64,000 nucleotides of DNA from Candidatus Aenigmatarchaeota archaeon (GTDB lineage: Archaea > Aenigmatarchaeota > Aenigmatarchaeia > CG10238-14 > SCSR01), in the NCBI GenBank assembly GCA_018304615.1, contig JAGVVV010000008.1, forward strand, positions 25,741-89,740, read 5' to 3'. Below, piece after piece: positions 9,129 to 17,894 of this stretch. The notes beneath the pieces are model-generated. The model had not been told where the DNA came from, ran no database searches, and was given only the letters and a program-made list of their open reading frames with translations. How positions within the stretch are numbered: the first letter of the stretch is position 1; every line of letters starts with the position of its first letter. The translations under genes were made by a program, and so were the position numbers.

Positions 9129-10553
9129 TTGATGCGAAATACTAACTTGATTATCGGATTTATCGCACTTGCAATTTTACTTGTTCTTTTGTACATGAAC
9201 TTGCCGCAGGGATATTCATGCCCTGATTGCAATGTGATAATAATTGCTTTTGACGCAGTGCAGACATCACATGTGAGTGCCTATGGGTATCCTTTACAAA
9301 CAACTCCTAACCTGAATAATTTCGCAAAAGGCGGAACATTATTCACGAATGCAATCAGTCCTGCATCTTGGACTGTTCCGACGTATATGTCTTGGTTCAC
9401 TTCCATGTATCCGTCGGAACATAAAGTGGTGAATAGATACTCTGAATATGAACCTCCGAATGTCACAATTTTAGCGAACCTAAGAAATCTGACACCTTCA
9501 GCAGTCACTCTTGCAGAAATAATGAAACAAAATGGCTTTAGTACTGTAGCCTTCACAGGAGATGCGGGAGCTCGCGGTGCTTCAGGTGATAATATAGGGT
9601 TTGATGTCTATGTAGATACTCCCATTGGGTTTAACGGTTTTGACCTCAGTGTTCCTATGGCACTCAGTTGGATCAGGAACAACACGGACAAAAAATTCTT
9701 CATGTTCCTCCACGGGTATGATTCGCATGGGCAGTACATGCCTAAAAACTTCACGAAAAAATATGATCTCAATTACACTGGAAGATTCAACGGAACAGTT
9801 GTGGAGCAAGCAGCACTCAGGGAAGAAGGATTGGCAAAGGGTTATGTTAACGTCACGGATGATGAAATTAAATTCTGGAGAGCATGGTATGATGAAAAGA
9901 TAAACGATGCAGATGCACGATTTAGAATTTTCATAAACGGACTAAATGAAATGGGATTGATGGACAAGACTATCATCATAGTCGCGTCGGACCATGGAAC
10001 AGAATTTTTTGAACATGGGAGAGTAGACCATGGGCATACATTGTATCAGGAATTAATTCATGTGCCTCTGGTTGTTAGAATTCCGAATTATTCTAACGGC
10101 AAAACTGTCACTAGTCAGGTTTCGACTTTGGACATAATGCCAACTATTTTTCAGATAGCAGGCATTCAGGTAAATGATACTGTTAAAACCCAGATAAAAG
10201 GATTCAGTTTGCTTGATGCCATGAAGGGCAAGGATGTTAGCAGAGACGTATACTCAGAGACAGATTACAGGCTGTTTACCCACAAAAGAGCTATCGTCAC
10301 GAAAGACGGTTGGAAATTTATTCTTACTTTGGCAGAAGCTCCGGATAAGAAAAATGTAAAAGAGTTGTATAATTTGAAAACTGATCCTATGGAAACAACT
10401 AACCTGATTAACTCTGAGCCGCAGACGGCATATGAGCTTGAACAAAAACTATTGAGCCATCTCAAAGAGATGGGAACTAATATTGATGGACCTTGGGTAA
10501 TCGGCTGCTCAGCTGTTTATGTTGACCAATGCAAATATTACGCACATGGATAA
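9129..10553 (+). CDS. sulfatase-like hydrolase/transferase paralog, TM-anchored
   Basis: 474 aa; SCPDCNVIIIAFDAVQTSH; TVPTY; SDHGTEFFEHGRVDHGHT; ATG at 9132 may be the true start. Confidence 0.8.
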   Translation: MMRNTNLIIGFIALAILLVLLYMNLPQGYSCPDCNVIIIAFDAVQTSHVSAYGYPLQTTPNLNNFAKGGTLFTNAISPASWTVPTYMSWFTSMYPSEHKVVNRYSEYEPPNVTILANLRNLTPSAVTLAEIMKQNGFSTVAFTGDAGARGASGDNIGFDVYVDTPIGFNGFDLSVPMALSWIRNNTDKKFFMFLHGYDSHGQYMPKNFTKKYDLNYTGRFNGTVVEQAALREEGLAKGYVNVTDDEIKFWRAWYDEKINDADARFRIFINGLNEMGLMDKTIIIVASDHGTEFFEHGRVDHGHTLYQELIHVPLVVRIPNYSNGKTVTSQVSTLDIMPTIFQIAGIQVNDTVKTQIKGFSLLDAMKGKDVSRDVYSETDYRLFTHKRAIVTKDGWKFILTLAEAPDKKNVKELYNLKTDPMETTNLINSEPQTAYELEQKLLSHLKEMGTNIDGPWVIGCSAVYVDQCKYYAHG

Positions 10554-10878
10554 CAAAGATGAAGCAGTGATGAGGAAAAGGCAGACGAAACCTGAATGGC
10601 AGTCTAGAATAGCCAGAGAGAGGATAGAGATTCTTTTCAATTTGGCAAAAAAAGAATTCAAAAAACATCCTGACAGGTCAAAAAGATATGTTGAACTTGC
10701 AAGAAGGATAGGTCAAAGGTACAATGTGAGATTTCCTAGGGAGACGAAGAGAAGCTTCTGCAAGAACTGCAATTCTATCCTGATTCCTGGGGTGTCTTCA
10801 AAAGTCAGGTTGAAAAAAGGAACAGTCTTTATTAATTGCCTGAAATGTAATAAAATTTATAGGTATCCATACTCATGA
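10546..10878 (+). CDS. rnp4: RNase P protein component 4 (Rpp21/Rpr2 zinc ribbon)
   Basis: CKNCNSILIPG..CLKCNKIYRYPY zinc-ribbon; start at ATG 10546 overlapping the upstream stop by 8 nt (alternative ATG 10570). Confidence 0.75.
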   Translation: MDNKDEAVMRKRQTKPEWQSRIARERIEILFNLAKKEFKKHPDRSKRYVELARRIGQRYNVRFPRETKRSFCKNCNSILIPGVSSKVRLKKGTVFINCLKCNKIYRYPYS

Positions 10879-11114
10879 AAGGCATATCCAAAGTCGCAAT
10901 AGGTTTGGGAACTGTTTTTATTGCCGTGTTGACTCTTTTCTGGTTGTTCGACAACATTCAAAAGTTTGCTGACAAGTGCAAGGTTGATGCCACTTCTTCT
11001 CCTGCTTGCTCTCAGCTTAATTCTTTCACTCTTTCTATGATTATAATCCTGCTGATAATAGGCGGGTTCGTGATCATGATAACAGCCACAGCATATATAT
11101 TGTTATCTGGATAA
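10875..11114 (+). CDS. small membrane protein (two hydrophobic segments)
   Basis: 79 aa, MKGISKVAIGLGTVFIAVL.. N-terminus. Confidence 0.4.
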   Translation: MKGISKVAIGLGTVFIAVLTLFWLFDNIQKFADKCKVDATSSPACSQLNSFTLSMIIILLIIGGFVIMITATAYILLSG

Positions 11115-11124
11115 TGAAATTAGT

Positions 11125-11541
11125 ATGGTCACGGCTAGAGATGTACCAGCAGGAAAATTGATATCTAAAGTTAAAGAAGAGCTGAAAAAAGTCAGCGAGA
11201 TTCAGCCACCGGCATGGATGAAATTCGTGAAGACTGGTATACACAGGGAGAGACCACCTGAACAGCCTGACTTTTGGTACATTCGAAGCGCTGCGATCAT
11301 GAGGAAACTGTATGTCAGTGGTCCTGTTGGAGTTTCTAGGTTGAGGACAAATTACGGCGGCAGAAGACGAAGGGGGTACAAGCCTGCTATTTCTATGAGG
11401 TCTGCAGGAAATTCGATAAGAAAAATCTTGCAACAGCTTGAAAAGGCTGGGTTTGCTGAGAAGGCTAAGGGTGGCAGGAAGATAACTGCAAAGGGTCAGA
11501 AGTTCCTTGATAGAATAGCCTTCGAAGTGAGCAAAGAATGA
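11125..11541 (+). CDS. rps19e: 30S ribosomal protein S19e (eS19)
   Basis: 138 aa; typical eS19 sequence. Confidence 0.85.
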   Translation: MVTARDVPAGKLISKVKEELKKVSEIQPPAWMKFVKTGIHRERPPEQPDFWYIRSAAIMRKLYVSGPVGVSRLRTNYGGRRRRGYKPAISMRSAGNSIRKILQQLEKAGFAEKAKGGRKITAKGQKFLDRIAFEVSKE

Positions 11542-11798
11542 GCGACGAGATTAATCCTGAAGAAATGAAGAAGGTCGAAGAATTAAAAAAAGTTGTCATG
11601 AAGAAAATTCTGACCAAGGAAGCGATAGAGAGACTGGGAAGGATAAGATTGGTGAAAGCTGATCTGGCAAACCAGCTCGAGTTATATTTGGTTCAGTTAT
11701 ATCAGACAGGAAAAATAAAAGGCCAAGTAACAGACGAACAGCTTAAGTTCATTCTGGAAGGATTGACTGAGAAGAAGAAGTTCAACATAATCAGATGA
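11538..11798 (+). CDS. PDCD5-family dsDNA-binding protein (COG2118)
   Basis: 86 aa; conserved archaeal neighbour of rps19e; start overlaps rps19e stop. Confidence 0.6.
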   Translation: MSDEINPEEMKKVEELKKVVMKKILTKEAIERLGRIRLVKADLANQLELYLVQLYQTGKIKGQVTDEQLKFILEGLTEKKKFNIIR

Positions 11799-11847
11799 TT
11801 TTACTGGATTTGTAAAGCTTTTTAAGTTATTTGTTCATTTAAGGTGT

Positions 11848-12453
11848 ATGAAAAATAAGCAGAAAATAATTTTCCCTGTTGCAGCACTTGTAGTATTGGT
11901 TGTTGTATTGGGAATGGGTTTCATGTCAGGTTGGTTTTCTAATCCAACGACCAAGACAGAATTTCATGAACATACTAATTTTGCAGTTTATCTCAACGGA
12001 GTTCAATATAATTTCAACCAGTCGAAGTACATGATAAACAGTAGCGATCGCGATAGCAGCATTGTTCACATGCATGATTTGAACGGCGGGACTATTCATA
12101 TAGAAGCTCCTGAAATCACTATGGGATTTTTCCTAAAAACTTTGGGAATGAGCGTTAACTCAACATGCTTCGTTCTTGATAATGGAACGGCTTATTGTAA
12201 TTCAGGAGACAAGACTTTGAAGATGTATGTGAATGGTGTGAAATCCAATCTGTTTGACAAGCAACCACTTCGCGACCTTGACAAGATTCTTATCAGCTTT
12301 GGAAATGATTCGAGTCAAGAAATACAGAAACGACTGAGCACAATTCCATCTGACGCTTGCATTCATTCAAAAAAATGTCCTGCTCCCCCTGGATATGTGG
12401 ACACTGAGAGCTTGACATGCAAAACCGGAGAAGCCGCAATCTGCTCTGGATAA
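11848..12453 (+). CDS. membrane-anchored Cys-containing hypothetical protein
   Basis: 201 aa; N-terminal TM helix; inserted between PDCD5-like gene and rpl37ae. Confidence 0.5.
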   Translation: MKNKQKIIFPVAALVVLVVVLGMGFMSGWFSNPTTKTEFHEHTNFAVYLNGVQYNFNQSKYMINSSDRDSSIVHMHDLNGGTIHIEAPEITMGFFLKTLGMSVNSTCFVLDNGTAYCNSGDKTLKMYVNGVKSNLFDKQPLRDLDKILISFGNDSSQEIQKRLSTIPSDACIHSKKCPAPPGYVDTESLTCKTGEAAICSG

Positions 12454-12503
12454 GAACTTAAATTTAAATAGAGCTAAATCAACTATATTCAAATTGGTGT
12501 CGT

Positions 12504-12743
12504 ATGAGTAAGAAAAGTAAGATTGGTTCTGCCGGAAGATTCGGTGTCAGGTACGGTCAGAAGGACAGAAGTAAAGTAGCTGACATAGAGAGGATTCAGA
12601 AGCAGGCACATGTGTGTCCTAGATGCGGTCTACCACATGTGAGTAGAGTGTCTTCTGGTATATGGAACTGCAAGAAATGCGGGAACAAGTTCGCGGGACC
12701 TGCTTATTGGCCTTACTCGGAACAGAGGAAGGAGAAAAAATAG
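12504..12743 (+). CDS. rpl37ae: 50S ribosomal protein L37Ae (eL43)
   Basis: CPRCG..CKKCG zinc ribbon. Confidence 0.85.
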   Translation: MSKKSKIGSAGRFGVRYGQKDRSKVADIERIQKQAHVCPRCGLPHVSRVSSGIWNCKKCGNKFAGPAYWPYSEQRKEKK

Positions 12744-12872
12744 ATGTACAAATGTGTCAAATGTAAGAAAATAGTCCAGAAACTGGACGAGAAAACAAGA
12801 TGCCCTTACTGCGGTTACAGGATTTTCGTCAAGCTCAGAGCTGAAACGTCGAACAAAGTTTTGGCAAGATAG
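12744..12872 (+). CDS. rpoP: DNA-directed RNA polymerase subunit P (RpoP/Rpb12 homolog)
   Basis: 42 aa MYKCVKCKKIVQKLDEKTRCPYCGYRIFVKLRAETSNKVLAR (CxxC...CxxC); immediately follows rpl37ae; not in ORF track (<60 aa). Confidence 0.75.
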   Translation: MYKCVKCKKIVQKLDEKTRCPYCGYRIFVKLRAETSNKVLAR

Positions 12873-12964
12873 AATTTCTTTTAAAATGAAGAGAAATTAA
12901 GCTATTTAAAATCTGTAATCAATTGATATTTATCAATCGTGTCGATGCAGTCGGAGATGGAAGA

Positions 12965-13294
12965 ATGAACGAGGACGAGGCAAAAGAATTGTTAGGACAG
13001 TTGCAAAATCTGCAGCAGCAGATGCAGAGTGTTGTTTTTCAGAAAGAGAGCTTGAAACTTCATGATATGGAGATTCACAAGGCGCAAGAAGAACTGAACA
13101 AGACGAATGAGACAAGCGCTTTCAAAATAACTGGTCAGATCATGGTCAGCAAATCCGTTGAAGAGTTGAAAAAAGAATTGACAGAAACGAGTGAAGATGT
13201 CCACCTGAATCTCAAAAGTCTTGAGAAGACAGAGGAAAGGATTAACAATAAGTTGAAAGAACTGCAAACTAAGCTAAAAGATGTAATGGCATGA
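12965..13294 (+). CDS. pfdB: prefoldin beta subunit
   Basis: Coiled-coil prefoldin beta; conserved position after rpl37ae-rpoP; start at internal ATG 12965. Confidence 0.7.
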   Translation: MNEDEAKELLGQLQNLQQQMQSVVFQKESLKLHDMEIHKAQEELNKTNETSAFKITGQIMVSKSVEELKKELTETSEDVHLNLKSLEKTEERINNKLKELQTKLKDVMA

Positions 13295-13563
13295 TGATGG
13301 AAATGACAGACATGAAACCGGTAATCAGTCTATTGGAACAAATTTTGAACGATAGGACGGTTCCAAAAAATATACGCAAAGCAGCGGAAGATTCGAAAGA
13401 TGTGTTGAGCACCAATGACAGTGATGAAGTCAGAATCAGCACAGCTATTCATATTCTTGACGAGATCATCAATGATCCGAACATGCCCATGTACACAAGA
13501 ACTAAGATTTGGAACGCAGTCAGCATTTTGGAAGAGATGAGAAGATTGTCTAAAGGAACCTAA
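13291..13563 (+). CDS. UPF0147-family conserved archaeal protein
   Basis: 90 aa; conserved neighbour of pfdB. Confidence 0.5.
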   Translation: MMMEMTDMKPVISLLEQILNDRTVPKNIRKAAEDSKDVLSTNDSDEVRISTAIHILDEIINDPNMPMYTRTKIWNAVSILEEMRRLSKGT

Positions 13564-13630
13564 TTTTTTAGGCAAATGGAGTTAACTTATTTAAAGCTTC
13601 GTGACCAAAACGATAGTATAAGGTAGTTTA

Positions 13631-13996
13631 ATGGGAATAAGAGATTTCTTCGGAAAGATGGGGATGGGCAAGGAAGAAGCGAGAGAGGAATTTCTTGAAG
13701 TCGGAGACGTCCCAGCAGAAGGTCGAGAAGTGAACGTGAAGATTGAGTCTTTGAAGGATTATTCTGACACAGACAGAGTCTTGCAGCTGCTGAGAGAGGG
13801 TTATGTGATATTTTTGAAAATCAGGGAACTGAGAGAAAAGGACATGGCTACTTTAAAGAAAGCTGTCGAGAAACTGAAAAAGACGATTTCTGCAATGAAT
13901 GGTGATGTTGTCGGAGTGGATGAAGACTTTTTGATAATTGCTCCGAAGTTCGCCAGCATCTACAGAGGGAAATCTGCTACTCCTGGGATGAAATAA
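13631..13996 (+). CDS. sepF: SepF-like cell-division protein (DUF552)
   Basis: 121 aa; VKIESLKDYSDTDRV..REGYVIFLKIRELREKD. Confidence 0.6.
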   Translation: MGIRDFFGKMGMGKEEAREEFLEVGDVPAEGREVNVKIESLKDYSDTDRVLQLLREGYVIFLKIRELREKDMATLKKAVEKLKKTISAMNGDVVGVDEDFLIIAPKFASIYRGKSATPGMK

Positions 13997-14022
13997 GAAG
14001 TGTTTGTCAAACATCAGAACTT

Positions 14023-15507
14023 TTAAGAGATTTTCTTCTCTAAAAACTCAAACAGCTTGTCTATTTTGACTCTCGCTTGCTTTGTAGTGTCTCTGTCTCT
14101 TACTGTGACGGTCTTGTCCTTCAATGTATCGTAATCCACAGTTATCGCCAACGGAGTACCGATTTCGTCTGCTCTAGCGTACCTTTTTCCTATGCTTCCA
14201 GCCTCGTCATACTCACATACAAATTCTTTCTTTAACAGTTCGAAAACTTCTTTGGCATTTTCTGATAAACCATCTTTTTTCATCAATGGGAAGATGGCGA
14301 CTTTGACTGGGGAAATCGAAGAGTCGAGTTTGAGTTTTACCTTGACTTCGTCATCCTCTTTCTCTTCACTGTAAGAATCCAGCAGAATAGTCATTATAGT
14401 TCTTTCTAGACCGAAGGAAGGTTCTATGACGCATGGTATTACTTTTTCCTTTGTTTCCTCGTCAAAATAATTCAAATCTGTTTTGCTGAATTTCATGTGT
14501 TGTTTCAAATCGAAATCTGTCCTGTTTGCGATTCCTTCGAGTTCTTTCCATCCCCAGGGGAAGTTGTATTCCACGTCCCAAGTTTCAGAAGAATAGTGTG
14601 AGAGTTCGGTTTTCAAGTGCTCCCTGATTCTCAGGTTCTCTTTTTTAATTCCGATGTTTTCAAACCATTTCATCGATTCGACAACCCAGAAGGCATGCCA
14701 AGGGGTTTTGATTATCTTTTCGCTCAACAAGTCTTTAATTTTCATCTTCTGGTGGGATTTTTTCTTCTCTTGATTAGCAGAAGTCAAGACATTCAATTCA
14801 TATTTCAAATGTTCGTTTGTCAAGAATTCGCACTTGTCGATTTTTTTCGGATGGATGAAATATTCGATCTCCATTTGGCTGAATTCCCTTGTTCTGAATA
14901 CGAAATTCCTCGGTGAAATCTCATTTCTGAACGCTTTTCCCATCTGAGCGATACCGAATGGAAGTTTCTTTCTGGAAGAGTGCTGGATGATTTTGAAATT
15001 CGTGAAAATGACCTGGGCAGTCTCTGGCCGAAGATAGGCGACATTCCCGGATTCAGCTCCGACAGAAGTCTTGAACATCAGGTTGAACGGTTGCAAAAAT
15101 TTCAATTCTCCCTTGTCATCAGGACACTTTATCTTGTGTTTTTCTATCAGTTCTTTCAGATGGTCTACAGACAATCCATCAACAGAAATCTTGAGTTCCA
15201 TCTCGACAAGATGATCAGCCCTGTATTTTTTCTTGCATTTAGTGCATCCGACCAGCGGGTCGTTGAAAGATTCCAAATGACCGCTAGCTTTCCACACCTC
15301 AGGATGAGTGATTATTGCTCCGTCGATTCCAACCATGTCGTCCCTGTCATTTACAAAGTGCTTCCACCATGAATTCTCTACATTTCTCTTCAGCTCAGAA
15401 CCATAGTTTCCATAGTCGAAAAATCCGGCGAATGTACCATAGATTTCAGAATTCGGAAACAAGATACCTCTTCTTTTACAAAGCGAAATTATCTTTTCTA
15501 CATCCAT
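14023..15507 (-). CDS. glyS: glycyl-tRNA synthetase (archaeal/eukaryotic type)
   Basis: 494 aa; class II motifs. Confidence 0.85.
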   Translation of the reverse strand: MDVEKIISLCKRRGILFPNSEIYGTFAGFFDYGNYGSELKRNVENSWWKHFVNDRDDMVGIDGAIITHPEVWKASGHLESFNDPLVGCTKCKKKYRADHLVEMELKISVDGLSVDHLKELIEKHKIKCPDDKGELKFLQPFNLMFKTSVGAESGNVAYLRPETAQVIFTNFKIIQHSSRKKLPFGIAQMGKAFRNEISPRNFVFRTREFSQMEIEYFIHPKKIDKCEFLTNEHLKYELNVLTSANQEKKKSHQKMKIKDLLSEKIIKTPWHAFWVVESMKWFENIGIKKENLRIREHLKTELSHYSSETWDVEYNFPWGWKELEGIANRTDFDLKQHMKFSKTDLNYFDEETKEKVIPCVIEPSFGLERTIMTILLDSYSEEKEDDEVKVKLKLDSSISPVKVAIFPLMKKDGLSENAKEVFELLKKEFVCEYDEAGSIGKRYARADEIGTPLAITVDYDTLKDKTVTVRDRDTTKQARVKIDKLFEFLEKKIS

Positions 15508-15538
15508 TCTCTCTTTCCTAAATTAGAGTTCTAAATAG

Positions 15539-16567
15539 TTATTTCTTGAACCAGCTTTTTAAATTGGCCTGTGTGCCTTTAGACAAGTTCTGCTGCAATC
15601 TTTCTATTCCCTTCTCTATCCTTTTCCTGGAAAAGTCGTGCTCGCCAGACATGAATTTCAGAATTTTTTCTGGATTGGGTTCCTTCCATTCGAAATCATA
15701 TTTATCTGTGGTCGGAGGTTCCATGAAAAAATTGAAAACTTCTTCTGCCTCGATATCAAAATCCCACTCGATTTTCTTTAGAACTGCATTCAACGTCTTG
15801 TTCTCCTTTACCAATTCAAGGGATCTTTTCGGACCAAATCCTTTCACACCCCCAGGGTTGTAGTCAGTTCCGATTAAAATTCCGATCAAAATCAATTGCT
15901 TTTGGTTGATTCCCAGAGCTTCCAAAACTTTTTTCAGTTCTATGATTTCTGGTTTTATTTCCACATAAACTTCTTTCTTCGGGATTTTCCTCCTCCCTGA
16001 GATTGAGAGGTTTTTTACAAGGCGTGGAGAACCGAAAAGAAGACTGTCAGCATCCTGAGAACCTGTGGCCCATACGTCACCTTTCTTGCACATAACCGAA
16101 CATTGCGCTTCGCCTTCGCTAGGAGCTTGTAACCATGGAATTCCCATGGCATCCAGAAGTTTCTTCGATTCTTCTATCATCTCATCTGTCAGCCTAGAAG
16201 CTGCCTGAGCGTATGTGATTGCCTTCTCGCCTTTTTTCAAGGCTTCGGCCCATTTTTCAGTCGCTTCTTTCTTTCTCTGCTCCCTTTCCTGGATTGTCTT
16301 TTTCTTGAACGCCGGAGGCTCGCCGTCGAAAACGAAAATTGGTTTGATTCCTGCTTCCAGAAAATTAGAGGTCCTGTAAAACAGTCCTGAAAGATGTGAT
16401 GTTATTCTTCCTTTGGAATCTCGCAAAGGCTCGCCAGTCATCCTGTCCCTGATTATTGTGATGAACTGGTAGAGGGTGTTGAAAGCGTCGATAGCGATTT
16501 TCTTCCCAGACAACTCTATCAGTTCGATTTCCTGCTTGGGAATAATCTCAGAAATTTGGACTCCCAT
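15539..16567 (-). CDS. fen: flap endonuclease 1
   Basis: 342 aa; XPG N and I domains (GEAQCSVMCKKGDVWATGSQDADSLLFG), H3TH. Confidence 0.9.
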   Translation of the reverse strand: MGVQISEIIPKQEIELIELSGKKIAIDAFNTLYQFITIIRDRMTGEPLRDSKGRITSHLSGLFYRTSNFLEAGIKPIFVFDGEPPAFKKKTIQEREQRKKEATEKWAEALKKGEKAITYAQAASRLTDEMIEESKKLLDAMGIPWLQAPSEGEAQCSVMCKKGDVWATGSQDADSLLFGSPRLVKNLSISGRRKIPKKEVYVEIKPEIIELKKVLEALGINQKQLILIGILIGTDYNPGGVKGFGPKRSLELVKENKTLNAVLKKIEWDFDIEAEEVFNFFMEPPTTDKYDFEWKEPNPEKILKFMSGEHDFSRKRIEKGIERLQQNLSKGTQANLKSWFKK

Positions 16568-16610
16568 AAAATCGGATTATGAATCTTTAGCTTTAAGGTT
16601 TGGGGTAGAG

Positions 16611-16865
16611 TTACTTCTTTTCTTCCTTTTTCTCTTCTTTCTTCTCAGCTTTTTTCTCTTCCATGGCGAGCTCTCTCTGGATTCTCAGCTCGTCCAACTC
16701 CAACCAAACGACAAACAGCCCCAGTATCGCAACTATCGGACCGACTACCCCCTTCAATACAGACAAGAAATCGTGGAGGTTGAAGTACGTCCATGCAACA
16801 CCGCCGATAAGAAGGATGACGCCGATGATTATCTTGACAGCAACATGCATATGGGTCCTAATCAA
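16611..16865 (-). CDS. small membrane protein with K/E-rich tail
   Basis: 84 aa, two TM segments, C-terminal KKEEKKEEKK. Confidence 0.4.
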   Translation of the reverse strand: MIRTHMHVAVKIIIGVILLIGGVAWTYFNLHDFLSVLKGVVGPIVAILGLFVVWLELDELRIQRELAMEEKKAEKKEEKKEEKK

Positions 16866-16909
16866 TTATAAGGAGGAAAATATATAAATCTTGATACCAA
16901 AGTGGTTTT

Positions 16910-17437
16910 ATGGTTAAGGGAATGTACCAACATCTGAGGAAAACTTGGAAGAAACCAAGAGAGAATCTCGGTCCTCTGTTGAAATCTAAGATAAGCAGTT
17001 GGAGAGAGGGTGCGACTGTGACTAGAGTGGACAAGCCTATGAGAATAGACAAGGCGAGAAATCTAGGCTACAAGGCAAAGAAAGGGTTCGTAGTTGTCCG
17101 GGTGAAGATAAGAAAAGGTGGGAGGAGGAGACCTTTGTACGGAAGGAGAGGAAGGAAACCGTCCAAAGCAGGTCTTGTTCATTTCACTCATTCCAAATCT
17201 CTGCAGTGGATTGCCGAAGAGAGGGCTGCGAAGAGGTATCAGAATCTTGAAGTTTTGAATTCTTATTATGTCGGTGAAGACGGCCAGATGAAGTTCTTTG
17301 AAGTGATACTAGTCGATCCTAACAGTCCTGAGATAATGAAAGACAAGAGGATGAAGTGGATTACTAATCCGGCAAACAGGAGAAGAGTGCTTAGAGGATT
17401 GACCTCTGCTGCCAAACATTCACGCGGATTAAAGTAG
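16910..17437 (+). CDS. rpl15e: 50S ribosomal protein L15e (eL15)
   Basis: 175 aa typical eL15. Confidence 0.85.
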   Translation: MVKGMYQHLRKTWKKPRENLGPLLKSKISSWREGATVTRVDKPMRIDKARNLGYKAKKGFVVVRVKIRKGGRRRPLYGRRGRKPSKAGLVHFTHSKSLQWIAEERAAKRYQNLEVLNSYYVGEDGQMKFFEVILVDPNSPEIMKDKRMKWITNPANRRRVLRGLTSAAKHSRGLK

Positions 17438-17469
17438 ACAAAGGTATATTCTTTTGCTTCGTGGGTTCA

Positions 17470-17486
17470 ATGCACACCTCCCGCAT
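17470..17486 (+). promoter_or_regulatory. operator-like motif ATGCaCACCTCCCGCAT (copy 1)
   Basis: 12-mer CACCTCCCGCAT repeated at 17838-17854; both copies 34-40 nt upstream of ATGs preceded by TTTAATTATGA. Confidence 0.35.
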
Positions 17487-17520
17487 AATGTTAAATAGAT
17501 TAGATTCTTTTAGTTTAATT

Positions 17521-17802
17521 ATGAGATCGGAATCCGCCGACAAAATACCTAAATACGTTTTAGGACATGGATTAAAAGTACTCGAATTTATGCAAATAAG
17601 AGGATCGGCATGTCCCGGAGATTTAGAAGAGATTTGTAGTTATGAAGGTACTACAGCATTCTTATTGTTTTACATGTTGGAGCATGAAGGTTTGATAGAA
17701 AGCGTTGATCCAGAAAATGTTAGAGGTGTTGGACACTATTTCAAAGTAAAAAGTCCCGAATTAGTAGACTATTTATCAAAAAAATTAAAGGAAAAGGAGT
17801 GA
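17521..17802 (+). CDS. small winged-helix transcriptional regulator
   Basis: 94 aa from ATG 17521; LKVLEFMQIRGSACPGDLEEICSYEGTTAFLLFYMLEHEGLIE. Confidence 0.45.
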   Translation: MRSESADKIPKYVLGHGLKVLEFMQIRGSACPGDLEEICSYEGTTAFLLFYMLEHEGLIESVDPENVRGVGHYFKVKSPELVDYLSKKLKEKE

Positions 17803-17837
17803 AACAAGAATAAATTACTGCATATGACTATTCTCAT

Positions 17838-17854
17838 ATGCCCACCTCCCGCAT
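17838..17854 (+). promoter_or_regulatory. operator-like motif ATGCcCACCTCCCGCAT (copy 2) upstream of rnp3
   Basis: See copy 1. Confidence 0.35.
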
Positions 17855-17894
17855 CTAAACTTAAACTAAATAACATAACAACACAATTTTAATT

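Noticed and set aside
1-10553. BREX or Pgl-like defence system (alkaline-phosphatase domain + ATPase + methyltransferase)
   Set aside because: The phosphatase-superfamily proteins are small, TM-anchored, extracellular sulfatase-like paralogs rather than PglZ-like. The ATPase is HerA-like rather than BrxC-like. The methyltransferase is PRMT-like. The genes are on mixed strands and separated by tRNAs.
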